A DNA stretch of 59,454 nt from a virus (lineage: Duplodnaviria > Caudoviricetes). The position numbers were made by a program, and so were the translations under genes. The DNA is taken from IMG/VR virus record IMGVR_UViG_3300045256_000151, positions 1 to 59,454 of that record. One strand, given 5' to 3'. Shown in pieces: positions 1-9,449 of this stretch. The notes below the pieces were generated by a model that was given only the letters and a program-made list of their open reading frames with translations, had not been told where the DNA came from and searched no databases. Numbering within the stretch: position 1 is the stretch's first letter; each line of letters starts with the position of its first letter.

Positions 1-243
1 ATCAACATGCTCATGGCAAACGCTACGGCCCGACCTTCCCGCGCGACGACTTCGCCAGGGCGGCGTTGATGGCCGCCTCGGTGTCGAAGTTGATGGGCTC
101 AACCTCGACCCACGGATTGTCGGCCGGGGCACGCAGCACGCGGGCCAGAAACTCCGACAGAAATCGGCTGTCCAGGGGCTTGCCCGACAGCACCCAACGC
201 ACCGTGCGGGGCCCGGTTGGCGGGCCGACAACGACCACGGCCA
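1..243. repeat. Terminal direct repeat / circular overlap, left copy
   Basis: 1-243 matches 59212-59454 except position 116 (A) vs 59327 (C); implies a 59,211-bp circular or terminally redundant unit. Confidence 0.95.
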
Positions 244-304
244 CGGCCACGGTTTCGCCGTCCGACACGCACTCCTGGCACGGGTTGCTGACGATCAATC
301 GCAT
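23..304 (-). CDS. Small hypothetical protein in virion gene block (partial copy at 59234-59454)
   Basis: 93-aa ORF packed between 311-862 and, across the circular join, the ejection gene. Confidence 0.6.
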   Translation of the reverse strand: MRLIVSNPCQECVSDGETVAVAVVVVGPPTGPRTVRWVLSGKPLDSRFLSEFLARVLRAPADNPWVEVEPINFDTEAAINAALAKSSRGKVGP

Positions 305-310
305 GGTTCA

Positions 311-862
311 TCAGTTGGCCGCCACGATAATATCGCCCGAGCCCGACCCGCCCGCGCCCGACTCGCCCGCCACGGGATCGGCCGGCGCCTTGGTCCAGTC
401 AATCCCCCGGGAGCGCAGCAGTGTCGGCCCGAGCCCGGCCATGATCCACACGTTGCCGCCGACCTTCGTGACGGTCAGCGACACCGACCCAGACGCATCG
501 GTTTCGCTCAGGTAGAACCCCGATGAGTTGGACAGCTCCTTGCCCGCCGTGTACGCGCTCACAGCGCTGTTGATCGGCGTCCCAAACTCCGTCGCGGCAA
601 GATACCACGCGATCACCCATCGCCCGTCGCGGTCGGGTCGATCCGACGGCCGGCCATAGCCCTTGAACAGCCTGGGCGGGTAGTCGGCGTTCACGCGGTC
701 GACCACCTGCATGGTCAGCACGCGGGAATCGGCCGAGAACGCTCCCCACCGGACGCGGACGTAGCCCAGTGGGTCATCGACAAAGCCGGCGATGGTCCGA
801 ACCGATCGCGCCAGCTCCTGCCCGGTTTCCGTCACCGTGGATTTGACGACACGCGGGGGCAT
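311..862 (-). CDS. Hypothetical virion-associated protein
   Basis: 183 aa; starts 3 nt after the stop of 866-2923; same strand as the block. Confidence 0.65.
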   Translation of the reverse strand: MPPRVVKSTVTETGQELARSVRTIAGFVDDPLGYVRVRWGAFSADSRVLTMQVVDRVNADYPPRLFKGYGRPSDRPDRDGRWVIAWYLAATEFGTPINSAVSAYTAGKELSNSSGFYLSETDASGSVSLTVTKVGGNVWIMAGLGPTLLRSRGIDWTKAPADPVAGESGAGGSGSGDIIVAAN

Positions 863-865
863 GGA

Positions 866-2923
866 TCACCTGCTTGTCGGCATGCCAGGGATGTAGACCT
901 CGGCCTCAAGGCCCTCAATCACAATCTGCTCGCCAGCCCGATCGTTCCGCAGCACGATCATCAGCGCCGGCGCGCGAACGCCCAGCGGGATGGGCTCGTG
1001 CGCGTTGGCGTCCACGGTCTTGCGCATCAGCAGCACGCGGGCGGCCTGGTCGTAGAGCTTGGCGGCCGTGCGTGCCCCATAGACCAGCACGTCGACCGGC
1101 GCACTTTCGGGCGTCATCTGCACAGCCAGGTAGGCCACCTCGGCGTCCTGGGTCAAAGACCCCGAAGTGATGAGCTGGCCGGCGGACTCGGCCACGATGG
1201 GCAGCGGTTCGCCGTTGGTGCCCTCATCGTCGTACACGTCGTCGACGAACTCTCGGACGTAGCCATCGACGCAGCCGACCAGCAGACGGCCCTTCCAGAG
1301 CTTGGCGCATGTGGGTTGGATGGAGGCGGGGTAGGACTGCTCAAAGAACGCGGGACGGCCGGGCTGATAGCCGCCGATGTTCTCGTCGTAAATCAGGTGA
1401 GAGCCGGCGGTGTAGTCGCGCGGGGTCTTGAAGACGTGCAGCAGCGACCGCGTGGGATCTCTCGCCAGGATCACGCTCAGCGCCGAAAGTGCCTGGTCGT
1501 TGAACTGGATGCCCGTCACCAGCACGCCGGCGTTGATCGCGGCCCCGGGCCCGGCGCCGGGCGACAGGGGCACAAGCCCCGACGCGGTGTGGGCAACCAC
1601 GGTCGTGGGCGTTGCCAGAACGATGGCCTGATCGCCGCTGATGCCCTCGTTGTTGCTGACGATCCCGGTGTCGAACTGGCCCAGCGCGGGCTCGCCGTCG
1701 ATCCGCTCAACGGCATGGTCACACCCCACAATCAGGTAGGAACTGCCGATCGCCTGGAGCGCCGACACGGGTTGGCCCAGTTTGAGGGGTCTGGTCGAGG
1801 CCAGCGTGAACGCGGCGCCCTGAAGCTCGCTGGCGTAGTCCCAGTTGAGATACCCGCCGCTCACCCCGTCATCGGGCGCGCTGAACCCGATGTTCTGCTC
1901 GTCGCCATACCAGCGGCCCAGGGCGATGCGGGCGCCGTGCGTGCCCAGCACCTGCGCGGTGGTCGTGCCCGGGACGGTCTGCCCGGGCAGCGTGCCGGCG
2001 GTGGGAGCCCACAGCGTCACGGTCTGGGCGATGGGGTCGTAGACCCTGGCCTTGGCGATGCCGCTCACCAACGGGCCCAGCATGAGCATGGCCGCGTTGG
2101 CGGCCTCCATCTGCACCCGGCCGGTTGCGGGGAACGTGCCAGTCTGAACCCGCTGGGGCACGCCGTCGCGGGTTGCCCACACGTCGCCGGCGCAGGCCAC
2201 GACCAGGATGTCCTCGGCGTTGCTTGACACGCCGGTCAGTGAGGCGATGTCGGCCGACAGCACGCGGGCCCCGCTGGTTTCCGCCACGAAGCCGCACGCC
2301 CAATGCCCCGCCGCGTGATCGCCGTCGGGCAGCGGGGTGTGCTTGAGCCGCGCGACGGTTTCGTTGTTGATCCGCAGCTCGAGGTAGCCGAGCGCGGTGC
2401 GGAAGTCGATGGAGTAGGCGGCGCCGGCGCTGACCAGGGCGGACACGTCCGACTCGCACGCCGCCGACGTGGGCGTATCCGACGCGCCGTTGGTGACGGC
2501 GGACCCGGCCACCACACCATCGGTGCAAAGCCTGATCTGGGCGTAGTAGACGCCGGCGACCTTGTAGACGCCGCCCTCGTAGCAATCCCGGCCGTCCTCG
2601 CTGCCGCGCAGGAACGCCCGGACCTGGGAATCGGGGTCGGTCAGGGACAGCCGCACGGCGTAATCGCCGGTTTCCGGCGGGGTGCAGGCGACAACGTACC
2701 GATCGCTTGAGCCGCTGTTGAGCGTCCAGCCATCGGCACCATACGACCACGCCGAACTCGACAGCGACGCGCTGAGCGTGAACGCGCAGGCGACGCTGGC
2801 GGCCAGCTCAACGGTTTCGACGCCGAAGAACCAATCGCGGGCGATTTCCGCGAAGTTGGAGAAGCGGTCGGCGCCGGCGTATCTGCTCGAAGACGCGGGC
2901 CAGATGTTTGGTCCGTCGGCCAT
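866..2923 (-). CDS. Putative tail nozzle / DNA-stabilisation protein (P22 gp10 / tail tubular B-like)
   Basis: 685 aa, beta-rich; position before ejection genes in podophage gene order; family is inferred. Confidence 0.55.
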   Translation of the reverse strand: MADGPNIWPASSSRYAGADRFSNFAEIARDWFFGVETVELAASVACAFTLSASLSSSAWSYGADGWTLNSGSSDRYVVACTPPETGDYAVRLSLTDPDSQVRAFLRGSEDGRDCYEGGVYKVAGVYYAQIRLCTDGVVAGSAVTNGASDTPTSAACESDVSALVSAGAAYSIDFRTALGYLELRINNETVARLKHTPLPDGDHAAGHWACGFVAETSGARVLSADIASLTGVSSNAEDILVVACAGDVWATRDGVPQRVQTGTFPATGRVQMEAANAAMLMLGPLVSGIAKARVYDPIAQTVTLWAPTAGTLPGQTVPGTTTAQVLGTHGARIALGRWYGDEQNIGFSAPDDGVSGGYLNWDYASELQGAAFTLASTRPLKLGQPVSALQAIGSSYLIVGCDHAVERIDGEPALGQFDTGIVSNNEGISGDQAIVLATPTTVVAHTASGLVPLSPGAGPGAAINAGVLVTGIQFNDQALSALSVILARDPTRSLLHVFKTPRDYTAGSHLIYDENIGGYQPGRPAFFEQSYPASIQPTCAKLWKGRLLVGCVDGYVREFVDDVYDDEGTNGEPLPIVAESAGQLITSGSLTQDAEVAYLAVQMTPESAPVDVLVYGARTAAKLYDQAARVLLMRKTVDANAHEPIPLGVRAPALMIVLRNDRAGEQIVIEGLEAEVYIPGMPTSR

Positions 2924-2929
2924 GCCCCA

Positions 2930-2955
2930 AGACTATGGACCAACGCTGTCGCGCG
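2930..2955 (-). promoter_or_regulatory. Late-type promoter variant CGCGCGAC-N12-TAGTCT-N6-ATG
   Basis: Same spacing as the five exact copies; the TAG is also the stop of the upstream ORF. Confidence 0.5.
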
Positions 2956-3145
2956 GACAGACGCGGGCCTCACACCCGCCGCAGTGGGGGCACTCAAACT
3001 CCATTTCGCGCACGTCGTGGGCCTCTTCCTGGCTGACCGGGCCCCAAATGGCGGGCCACTTGGACGCGCATTTGTTGCACAACAGCAGCATGGACACCCA
3101 CAGCCGGCGGTGCGGCCGGCGTCCGCTGGTGGCCGGGCGCGGCAT
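2933..3145 (-). CDS. Small zinc-ribbon protein (start may be 3091)
   Basis: CNKC...CPHC motif pair; fills the gap between two genes. Confidence 0.5.
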   Translation of the reverse strand: MPRPATSGRRPHRRLWVSMLLLCNKCASKWPAIWGPVSQEEAHDVREMEFECPHCGGCEARVCPRDSVGP

Positions 3146-3148
3146 GGT

Positions 3149-3943
3149 TCAGCCCTCCGGCAGATTGATCGAGCCGACAAGGGTTCCCGGGGAGGCCACA
3201 AGCGGCTGGAGCATCATGGCCAGGCAGGCGTTGGCGGGGATCGAGGCAAACCCGGTCATCAGCGCGTCCTGCACCACGCCGACGCCGCCGACCGGAATTG
3301 GGATCTCGGCCAGGCGGCGAAGGATTGTCAGGCCAAAGTCGCCGAACGTCGCACCGCCCAGCGTGACAGTCTGGATCGACTTCACACCCGTGTCGCCGGC
3401 GGCCAGGGGGACCGGGACCATGACGTTGGGGATAATGGGCAGCGTCACGGTGCCGCTGACGTTGCCCGTGTTGTCGTTCTGGTCGGTGTACGTCACGGTC
3501 ACGGTCTGCGCGACGGCCGTGGTGGTGTAGCTCTCCAGCCAAAGCTCGTTCTTGAACGCGCCGCCGTCGTCGGGGCCGGTGCGGTTGACCGTGGCGGGCG
3601 AGGCCGGGCTGATCGCTCCGCCGGTGCCGCCGAAGCCGGATGAGGCCAACAGCCGGTCGTAGATCACCAGCATGCCCGCGGTCGGCATGTTGACCATGGC
3701 GCGGCCGAGGTAGATTTTGTTGCTGCCGCCCGCGTTGGTGAACGGGAGCGCGCCGGCGGTGGCCGCCGTGGGGACCACGCCGTTGGTGGACCCGGGTGCC
3801 GCGCCCGCGATGGGGTTGCCCTGGGCCTTCCACAGACTGATCCAGTTGTTGGGCCAGAGCGTGCTGGAGCCCGGGATCTTGAGGAACGTCGGCCGCTGAC
3901 CGGGCAGGGCGGCGAGAAGGGCGGATTGACTGGTGATGGCCAT
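3149..3943 (-). CDS. Putative virion structural protein
   Basis: 264 aa, Gly/Thr/Ala-rich beta composition, MAIT- start, within the tail block. Confidence 0.65.
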   Translation of the reverse strand: MAITSQSALLAALPGQRPTFLKIPGSSTLWPNNWISLWKAQGNPIAGAAPGSTNGVVPTAATAGALPFTNAGGSNKIYLGRAMVNMPTAGMLVIYDRLLASSGFGGTGGAISPASPATVNRTGPDDGGAFKNELWLESYTTTAVAQTVTVTYTDQNDNTGNVSGTVTLPIIPNVMVPVPLAAGDTGVKSIQTVTLGGATFGDFGLTILRRLAEIPIPVGGVGVVQDALMTGFASIPANACLAMMLQPLVASPGTLVGSINLPEG

Positions 3944-3948
3944 GCTTC

Positions 3949-3974
3949 ACCCTATGCGGCGCGATGCCCGCGCG
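3949..3974 (-). promoter_or_regulatory. Late-type promoter CGCGCGGG-N12-TAGGGT-N5-ATG
   Basis: Exact motif upstream of ATG 3943; no Shine-Dalgarno. Confidence 0.7.
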
Positions 3975-3976
3975 GC

Positions 3977-4372
3977 TTATCGGAGCGTGAACTGAAGCGC
4001 GTTGGCGGCGAACCGCGCGGCAACGGCCGCGCTGATGTCGATGGTGTTGTTCAGCCGCTCAGAGAACAGCAGGTTGCCCGACGTGCTGGCGTCGTACAGC
4101 CCGAAGCCCACGATGCCAGCTTGGGCAAAGGCCGGGAACGCGAACTGCACGGCCATTTTCTTGTTGCGGGCCGATGCCGACGGGAAGTTGGTCGTGTTGT
4201 TGGTGACGGCCACCCGGGCGTAGCCGCTGGCCGACACCTCAACGCCGTTGGCGTCGGAATCGTCGGGCATGGTGGTGAACAGGGCCAGGTAGACCGTCGC
4301 GGGCGCGGTGTAGGTGGTCTTGCCGAGCAGGTGATCGAGAACCTTGTTGGCTAGATATGCGCTGCTGGGCAT
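3977..4372 (-). CDS. Phage minor tail / fibre-associated protein
   Basis: YLANKVLDH...VYLALFT...EVS..GYARVAV...GLYDASTSGNLL pattern typical of a widespread ~130-aa phage tail protein family. Confidence 0.75.
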   Translation of the reverse strand: MPSSAYLANKVLDHLLGKTTYTAPATVYLALFTTMPDDSDANGVEVSASGYARVAVTNNTTNFPSASARNKKMAVQFAFPAFAQAGIVGFGLYDASTSGNLLFSERLNNTIDISAAVAARFAANALQFTLR

Positions 4373-4388
4373 GCGATCCGCTCCGTGG

Positions 4389-6167
4389 TCATGCGTCGGT
4401 GAAGATAGCCGACCCAAAGCCCAGAACCGATCCCGACGCGCTCATGCACACCGGGCTGGGGCTGTTGTCGGGCGCCACGCCCGGGGCCTGCTGGGTCAGG
4501 TCATAGCTCCACTCGAGCGAGCCGTCGATCGGCGACAGCCGCCACAGCACCGCGTAGGGCGGCGTGGGCGTCGTCCAGGCGTTGCTGCGGGTGGCGGTGA
4601 CAAAGACCGACCCATCGGCGAACGCCACGCCCGTGGCCGAATAACCGGCCGCCCCGGCCACCTGGGCCGAATCGCACAGGTTCACGGCCCATCGAAGGTT
4701 GCCAGAGCCGGCCGCAAAGCTCCGCGCGACGGCGGGGCCGTTGTTGATCCGCTCGGCGGTGTAGACGTTGCCCGACAGGTCCATCGCCAACTTGCGCACG
4801 GCCGGCCCGTTCTTGCTGGTGGTGCCGGCGTTCCCCCCGTCCTCGTTGGGCAGGTCGGTCGGGAACGTGTCAACGACGCCCGCCAGCTTGCCGCCGGCCT
4901 CGCCGCCGATGTTGGTGTTTGCGTCGGCCTCCCAGACCAGCTCGCCCGTTGCGGTGAACTTGGCGACCGACGTGTAAGCCTTAGACCCATCGGGCTTGTA
5001 GGCCGACGTGGGCCCGTAGCCCTGGTTGGAGAACGACACAGCCCAGTCGCCCGCGGCGTTGCATGCGATGGCAGTGGGCACCGCTCCGCGGGGCTGGCGG
5101 GCCAGCACCTGGCTGAACCGAACCGACCTGTGCAGCACGGGCACGCCGCCGCTGGTTTCAACGTATGGGTCGGCGGTGGACGGCGTGCGCCCAAAGTCCT
5201 CAATGCCGAAGTCCATCGACCCATCGGCCTGCGACACCTCGCGCAGCCGATAGACGCCCGACCGCACCGACTTGGCATATCCGCCGGCGGTGATCGTGCC
5301 GGCGGGGTTGTTGACGAAGCCGGTGCCGGTCGTGCCGCTGAACGCGGCGTAGATGAACGCCTGCCCGGTTGTGTCCGCGTAGGTGGCCATGCCGACGATG
5401 GACGCCGCGGCCGTCATGGCACCGGACACCGAGCCGGATGCCTGGCGCACGGTCAGGCTTGCTGGCGACTCCACGCCCCCGGCGGTGACGACGTAGTGCA
5501 GGGTGGCACCCTTGGCAATCCACAGGGCCCGATCGGTCCAGCACACGGCGGACGCGGCCACGTCGGCCCCGGCCAGGTTCTTGGCGCAGATGAACGCCCC
5601 GGTGGCCGGGTCCACAAACACGATCAGGGTCTTGGCGGTCGTGTCGGTGTAGTTCACCAGCACCGCCATGATGGTGCCCGCGGGGTTGAAGACCACCGCC
5701 CATGGCGTGGGCGAAGTGGTGAAGTTCGACACGCCGGCGATGGTGATGGCCGCCGCGGCGCCGCCCGTCTGCACCTTGGCCGCCCCGGCGGACCCGTAGA
5801 CCTTGACGCAATCGCGCAGGCCGCGCGAGTCGGTGCCGTGCAGGGGAATGAGCCAGGCGTTGGCGTCGACGCGCACGCTGCGGCGGACCACGCCGTTAAC
5901 GGGCGAGATGGGGCTGCTGTCGCCAATGGCCAGCGACGTGACGGCCGATGCCCGTGCGATGGTGCCGAGCCCCTGGACCGGGCCGTTGCCGAACCGCTGC
6001 TCAAACGCCTTGCGGAGCGCGGGTCGCTTGGTGATCTGCTTGCGCCCGGTCTGCGCCTTGCGGGCGAGCATGTTTGTCTGCGTTCCCGGCGGGCAGGTGC
6101 CCGGCGGCGTCTTGCGCAGTTCGGTCTGATCTGCGACGCCCTGGGTTGGCAGTTGAATCTCGGGCAT
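4389..6167 (-). CDS. Putative tail protein, beta-propeller-like
   Basis: 592 aa; PQQ-like blade ends (GELVWE, GNLRWA, GSLEWS). Confidence 0.6.
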   Translation of the reverse strand: MPEIQLPTQGVADQTELRKTPPGTCPPGTQTNMLARKAQTGRKQITKRPALRKAFEQRFGNGPVQGLGTIARASAVTSLAIGDSSPISPVNGVVRRSVRVDANAWLIPLHGTDSRGLRDCVKVYGSAGAAKVQTGGAAAAITIAGVSNFTTSPTPWAVVFNPAGTIMAVLVNYTDTTAKTLIVFVDPATGAFICAKNLAGADVAASAVCWTDRALWIAKGATLHYVVTAGGVESPASLTVRQASGSVSGAMTAAASIVGMATYADTTGQAFIYAAFSGTTGTGFVNNPAGTITAGGYAKSVRSGVYRLREVSQADGSMDFGIEDFGRTPSTADPYVETSGGVPVLHRSVRFSQVLARQPRGAVPTAIACNAAGDWAVSFSNQGYGPTSAYKPDGSKAYTSVAKFTATGELVWEADANTNIGGEAGGKLAGVVDTFPTDLPNEDGGNAGTTSKNGPAVRKLAMDLSGNVYTAERINNGPAVARSFAAGSGNLRWAVNLCDSAQVAGAAGYSATGVAFADGSVFVTATRSNAWTTPTPPYAVLWRLSPIDGSLEWSYDLTQQAPGVAPDNSPSPVCMSASGSVLGFGSAIFTDA

Positions 6168-6172
6168 GGCCG

Positions 6173-6198
6173 ATCATACCGGCCACCGAACCGGCGGG
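6173..6198 (-). promoter_or_regulatory. Late-type promoter variant CCCGCCGG-N12-TATGAT-N5-ATG
   Basis: Near-consensus -10 five nt before ATG 6167; degenerate upstream box. Confidence 0.5.
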
Positions 6199-6203
6199 GC
6201 CAA

Positions 6204-6464
6204 TCAGCCCACGGCGGCGGCCACGATGCGCTCGCCTTTCTGGATGGGCGGACGGGTCGGCCAGTTCCAGGGCCACATCGCCCAGTCGAAGATGCCGGCG
6301 AGGAACAGCGACGCCACCACCGCGACGGCCAGCGAGGCGGCGCCGGCACCGCGGCGGCGCGAGCGGCACACGCGGCACCGCTTGTTGTAGCTCGCCGCCC
6401 GGGCGTTGAACGCGGGGGCGGGGGCGGGCTCGGGACCGAACGGGCCGGGGATGGTCGTGGTCAC
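6204..6464 (-). CDS. Small membrane protein with CxxC; candidate anti-sigma factor
   Basis: 86 aa; CRVC followed by one hydrophobic helix; GTG start overlaps the sigma gene stop (GTGA). Confidence 0.5.
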   Translation of the reverse strand: MTTTIPGPFGPEPAPAPAFNARAASYNKRCRVCRSRRRGAGAASLAVAVVASLFLAGIFDWAMWPWNWPTRPPIQKGERIVAAAVG

Positions 6465-6928
6465 GCGGTTCTCCTTGAACTGGATGGGGTCACATGGCGA
6501 CGCTCAAGCAACTCGGCGCACCGACGGCGGGCGTTGAACACGCTGGATTTGACGGTGCCGATGGGCATGCTGAGCGCGGCGGCCATCTCGCTGTAGGTGA
6601 ACCGCGCGGCCAGCATCAGCAGCGACAGGTCGGACCTGCTTGCCTCGGCTTGCAGCACAGCAAAAGCCTCATCGCACGCCCGCTCAACTTCGGGCTTGGC
6701 TTCGAGGTTGGCGGCCTTCTCGTCGAGCTGAAGCGCGGCGTTGCGGTTCTTGTTGCACCGGGCCCGGTCGATGCGCTTGCGCTTCCAGCACATGCCGACA
6801 AACCCCTCATAGCAGGGGTGTTTGCCCGGATCGAACGCGGCATCGGCGCGACGCAGGGACAACCACGCTTCACCCCGATCTTCGGGCGGAACACGGGTCT
6901 GAACGAACTGCGTCAGTCGCTCGCTCAT
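6461..6928 (-). CDS. ECF-like sigma-70 family sigma factor
   Basis: Region 4.2 HTH YSEMAAALSMPIGTVKSSVFNARRR; region 2-like EAWLSL..A...FDP.K...F; 155 aa from ATG 6928. Confidence 0.8.
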   Translation of the reverse strand: MSERLTQFVQTRVPPEDRGEAWLSLRRADAAFDPGKHPCYEGFVGMCWKRKRIDRARCNKNRNAALQLDEKAANLEAKPEVERACDEAFAVLQAEASRSDLSLLMLAARFTYSEMAAALSMPIGTVKSSVFNARRRCAELLERRHVTPSSSRRTA

Positions 6929-6985
6929 GCACACACCATAACCTATCGGCACCGGCGTGTGCAACCTTGAGCGCCCTGAGTTGAC

Positions 6986-7040
6986 AAAAAAACGTGGGGC
7001 CCGATAAGCCGTTGGGATTCGGCTTACCGGGCCCGGCACG
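6986..7040 (-). terminator. Intrinsic terminator
   Basis: Long interrupted hairpin (GGGCCCG/CGGGCCC, TAAGCCG/CGGCTTA) followed by T7 on the minus strand. Confidence 0.7.
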
Positions 7041-7057
7041 GTCCTCTGAAGGCGTGT

Positions 7058-7453
7058 TTAGGCGTCAAGGGCCTGATCGGCGGGGTAGATGGTGGGCTTG
7101 TAGGCTTGGCCGGGGCGGAACCCGGGCGACAGCACAGCCAGGTAGCTCTCGATCGCCGCGATGCGCTCGGCGTAGCCGACGCCCTGGTTGTTGACGCTGG
7201 TGAGGCTCATGGCGGCCGCGATGCCGGCGACGGACGACTCGGTTTCGGCCACGCGGGCGGTGAGCGCGCTGAGGCTGCCCGACACGCCCGACAGGGCGGC
7301 CGAAAGACCGTTTTCGGATTCGATGGTGGCGGCGATGCCGTCCACGCGGGCGACGGCGGCGGCCAGGCCGTTGGCGATGGCGCTGATTTGGGCCGCCAAA
7401 TCGGCGAGCGTGGGCTGCGGCGTGGGGTCGGGCTGGCTGCTCTCATCGGGCAT
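7058..7453 (-). CDS. Coiled-coil hypothetical protein
   Basis: 131 aa from ATG 7453 with CAGGAG SD; heptad-like Ala/Leu pattern. Confidence 0.7.
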   Translation of the reverse strand: MPDESSQPDPTPQPTLADLAAQISAIANGLAAAVARVDGIAATIESENGLSAALSGVSGSLSALTARVAETESSVAGIAAAMSLTSVNNQGVGYAERIAAIESYLAVLSPGFRPGQAYKPTIYPADQALDA

Positions 7454-7552
7454 GGCTTGCTCCTGGTGTGTGGCCAAATCGCGGATTGATTTGGTCTTGA
7501 TTTGGGGTAGTTTGGGGAACTGTGGCACCCGATGCTACCGGGTGCCCCGATC

Positions 7553-7592
7553 AAAAACAAGACCCCTTGGTCAGCCGAAGCCGACCAAGGGG
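7553..7592 (-). terminator. Intrinsic terminator with C(UUCG)G tetraloop
   Basis: Minus strand CCCCTTGGTCGGC-TTCG-GCTGACCAAGGGG then TCTTGTTTTT. Confidence 0.85.
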
Positions 7593-7628
7593 CCGCACCG
7601 CGCCGTCGTGTGGCGTGGGGTTGGGTGA

Positions 7629-8459
7629 TTACTCGATGAAGCGGGACACGGTGGGCGACGCCGGGCCCATGAGCGCGCCGGCGTCCAGCGACTCGCGCCG
7701 GGCGCGGTGGGCCAGCGACGAGTTGCGCACCCAGCGGATCAGCCCGCCGGCGGCCATGTCGATGGTCAGGGCGGTGCCGACCGTCGCGTTGGGGCCGATT
7801 TCCAGCGAGAGGATTTCCAGCGGCTTCACGGACAGGGCATCGGTCAGGGTGGACCGGCCGCCGGTGGTCCGCTTGTCGCCGCCCAAATCGAACTGGAGCA
7901 TCGTGAAGGCCAGGGCCGTGGTCTTGGCGGGCAGCAGCCGGGCGATGGCGGCGTCGAACGACGACAGCGCGGTTTCTCCGCTGGCCACCAGGGTGGCGGG
8001 CGACGCGGCCGGGTCGGGGACGACGTTGGCGGCGATGGCCGGATCGGCGCTGCCGGGCCAGAGCTGGCGAACCTGCATCTGGAGGCCGAGCGTGGCCTGT
8101 TCGGCGGCCGAGCCGGTGGTGTCGAACTTGCGGAACGGGGCAATGAAGTAGAGCTGGTCGACGCGCGGGTCGTACTGGCCGGGCACCTGGAAGGTGAACC
8201 GGGCCACGTCGCTGGTGCCGGCGGAGTTGGCCGCGTCCCAGCGCAGGATGGGCAGGTTGGTGGCCACCATCGTGCGGTAGAGGGCCACGTTGGTGGCGAC
8301 GCCGGGCGTGGCGCCGGTCGACAGCATCCACTGGCTGAGCGGGATGATGTGGTCCTCGGGGTAGCCGCCGTTGGGCTGCGCGGCACGAATCGACTGCTCA
8401 ATGACAAGCGAGTTGTCGCCGAGCCCACCAGCGCGAACGGGGAAACCAGGCATGGTCAT
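7629..8459 (-). CDS. Putative virion protein
   Basis: 276 aa, GGAG SD, followed by a strong terminator. Confidence 0.65.
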   Translation of the reverse strand: MTMPGFPVRAGGLGDNSLVIEQSIRAAQPNGGYPEDHIIPLSQWMLSTGATPGVATNVALYRTMVATNLPILRWDAANSAGTSDVARFTFQVPGQYDPRVDQLYFIAPFRKFDTTGSAAEQATLGLQMQVRQLWPGSADPAIAANVVPDPAASPATLVASGETALSSFDAAIARLLPAKTTALAFTMLQFDLGGDKRTTGGRSTLTDALSVKPLEILSLEIGPNATVGTALTIDMAAGGLIRWVRNSSLAHRARRESLDAGALMGPASPTVSRFIE

Positions 8460-8489
8460 GGGTCAATCTCCGAATCCGGCACGGGCCGG

Positions 8490-9386
8490 TTAGGTTGTAA
8501 CAGGGACGCCGACGGTATACGACACCTGGCCGCGCTGGCCGGAGGCAACAACGCCCCGGTCCACAACGACGGCCGGAACACTCGGATCGACAAGGCGGCC
8601 CAGCACCATCCCGCGGGAACGCTTGTCGAGGTCAATCGACGCCTGGCGGGCCGCCACCGCCTCGGCCATTGCCCGCTGGTAGCGGCCGCCCTCGCGGTCG
8701 TCGTCGCTCAGCCAGGCGAGTTTGCCGAACGCCAGGATGGTCTGGTCATGCTCGGGCCCGGCAACGTGCCGCTGGGACAACGCCGTCATGGGCCGGGCCT
8801 GGACCCGGAAGTCCGCGGTCATGGTGGCCGCGATCGACGGCCGGGGCGACACGATCACCTCCCACGCCTTGCCATAATCGGGGTGATCCGGCGAGGCAAT
8901 AGGTCGGCACGCGGCCCGCTCGGGGCAGCCCGCGGTGGTCTTGGTGATGGAGAGTTGATCCCGCACGGCCTCGATCGACGCGCTGAGGATGCGGGCGTTT
9001 GCGTACGCGCCCGATCCGTCCATCGTCCAGTGCTGTTTGGGCGCGCTGGTGATCCCGTCGGGCAGTCGGTAGCGGGCCGAGTCGCCGGCGATGTTCTGGG
9101 GCCCGGTTCCGGTCGGGTCAAGCGTGATCGACACCTCGCGCGTGAGGAATGTCCACGCCGTGTAGGGCCGAGTTTGGGAGGACGGGTCAATCCCGGCGAT
9201 GAAGTTCATGTAGCCCTGGTTGAGCTTCATCTTGAGCTTGGCCAGGGTGGTGCCGTCGCTGGGCAGGGCCAGCGTGCCGGCGTCCGCGCCGTCGGTGGTC
9301 ACAAGCCGCGCAAGGTTGAACGCGACGGCCATCTCAAGGAGAAGGTCGCCGAAGGTCTTGGCGGAATAGGCCAGGGCGTCGGGCAT
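8490..9386 (-). CDS. Putative head-tail adaptor (tail tubular A-like)
   Basis: 298 aa; TFGDLL...LNQGY...WTFL...YRLP pattern and position after the capsid genes. Confidence 0.6.
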   Translation of the reverse strand: MPDALAYSAKTFGDLLLEMAVAFNLARLVTTDGADAGTLALPSDGTTLAKLKMKLNQGYMNFIAGIDPSSQTRPYTAWTFLTREVSITLDPTGTGPQNIAGDSARYRLPDGITSAPKQHWTMDGSGAYANARILSASIEAVRDQLSITKTTAGCPERAACRPIASPDHPDYGKAWEVIVSPRPSIAATMTADFRVQARPMTALSQRHVAGPEHDQTILAFGKLAWLSDDDREGGRYQRAMAEAVAARQASIDLDKRSRGMVLGRLVDPSVPAVVVDRGVVASGQRGQVSYTVGVPVTT

Positions 9387-9449
9387 GAAAAGAGGCCGGG
9401 GGCCCTCCAACGGTGTGGTTGGGCCCCCGTTCTCGCGGGTGGAATCGGA

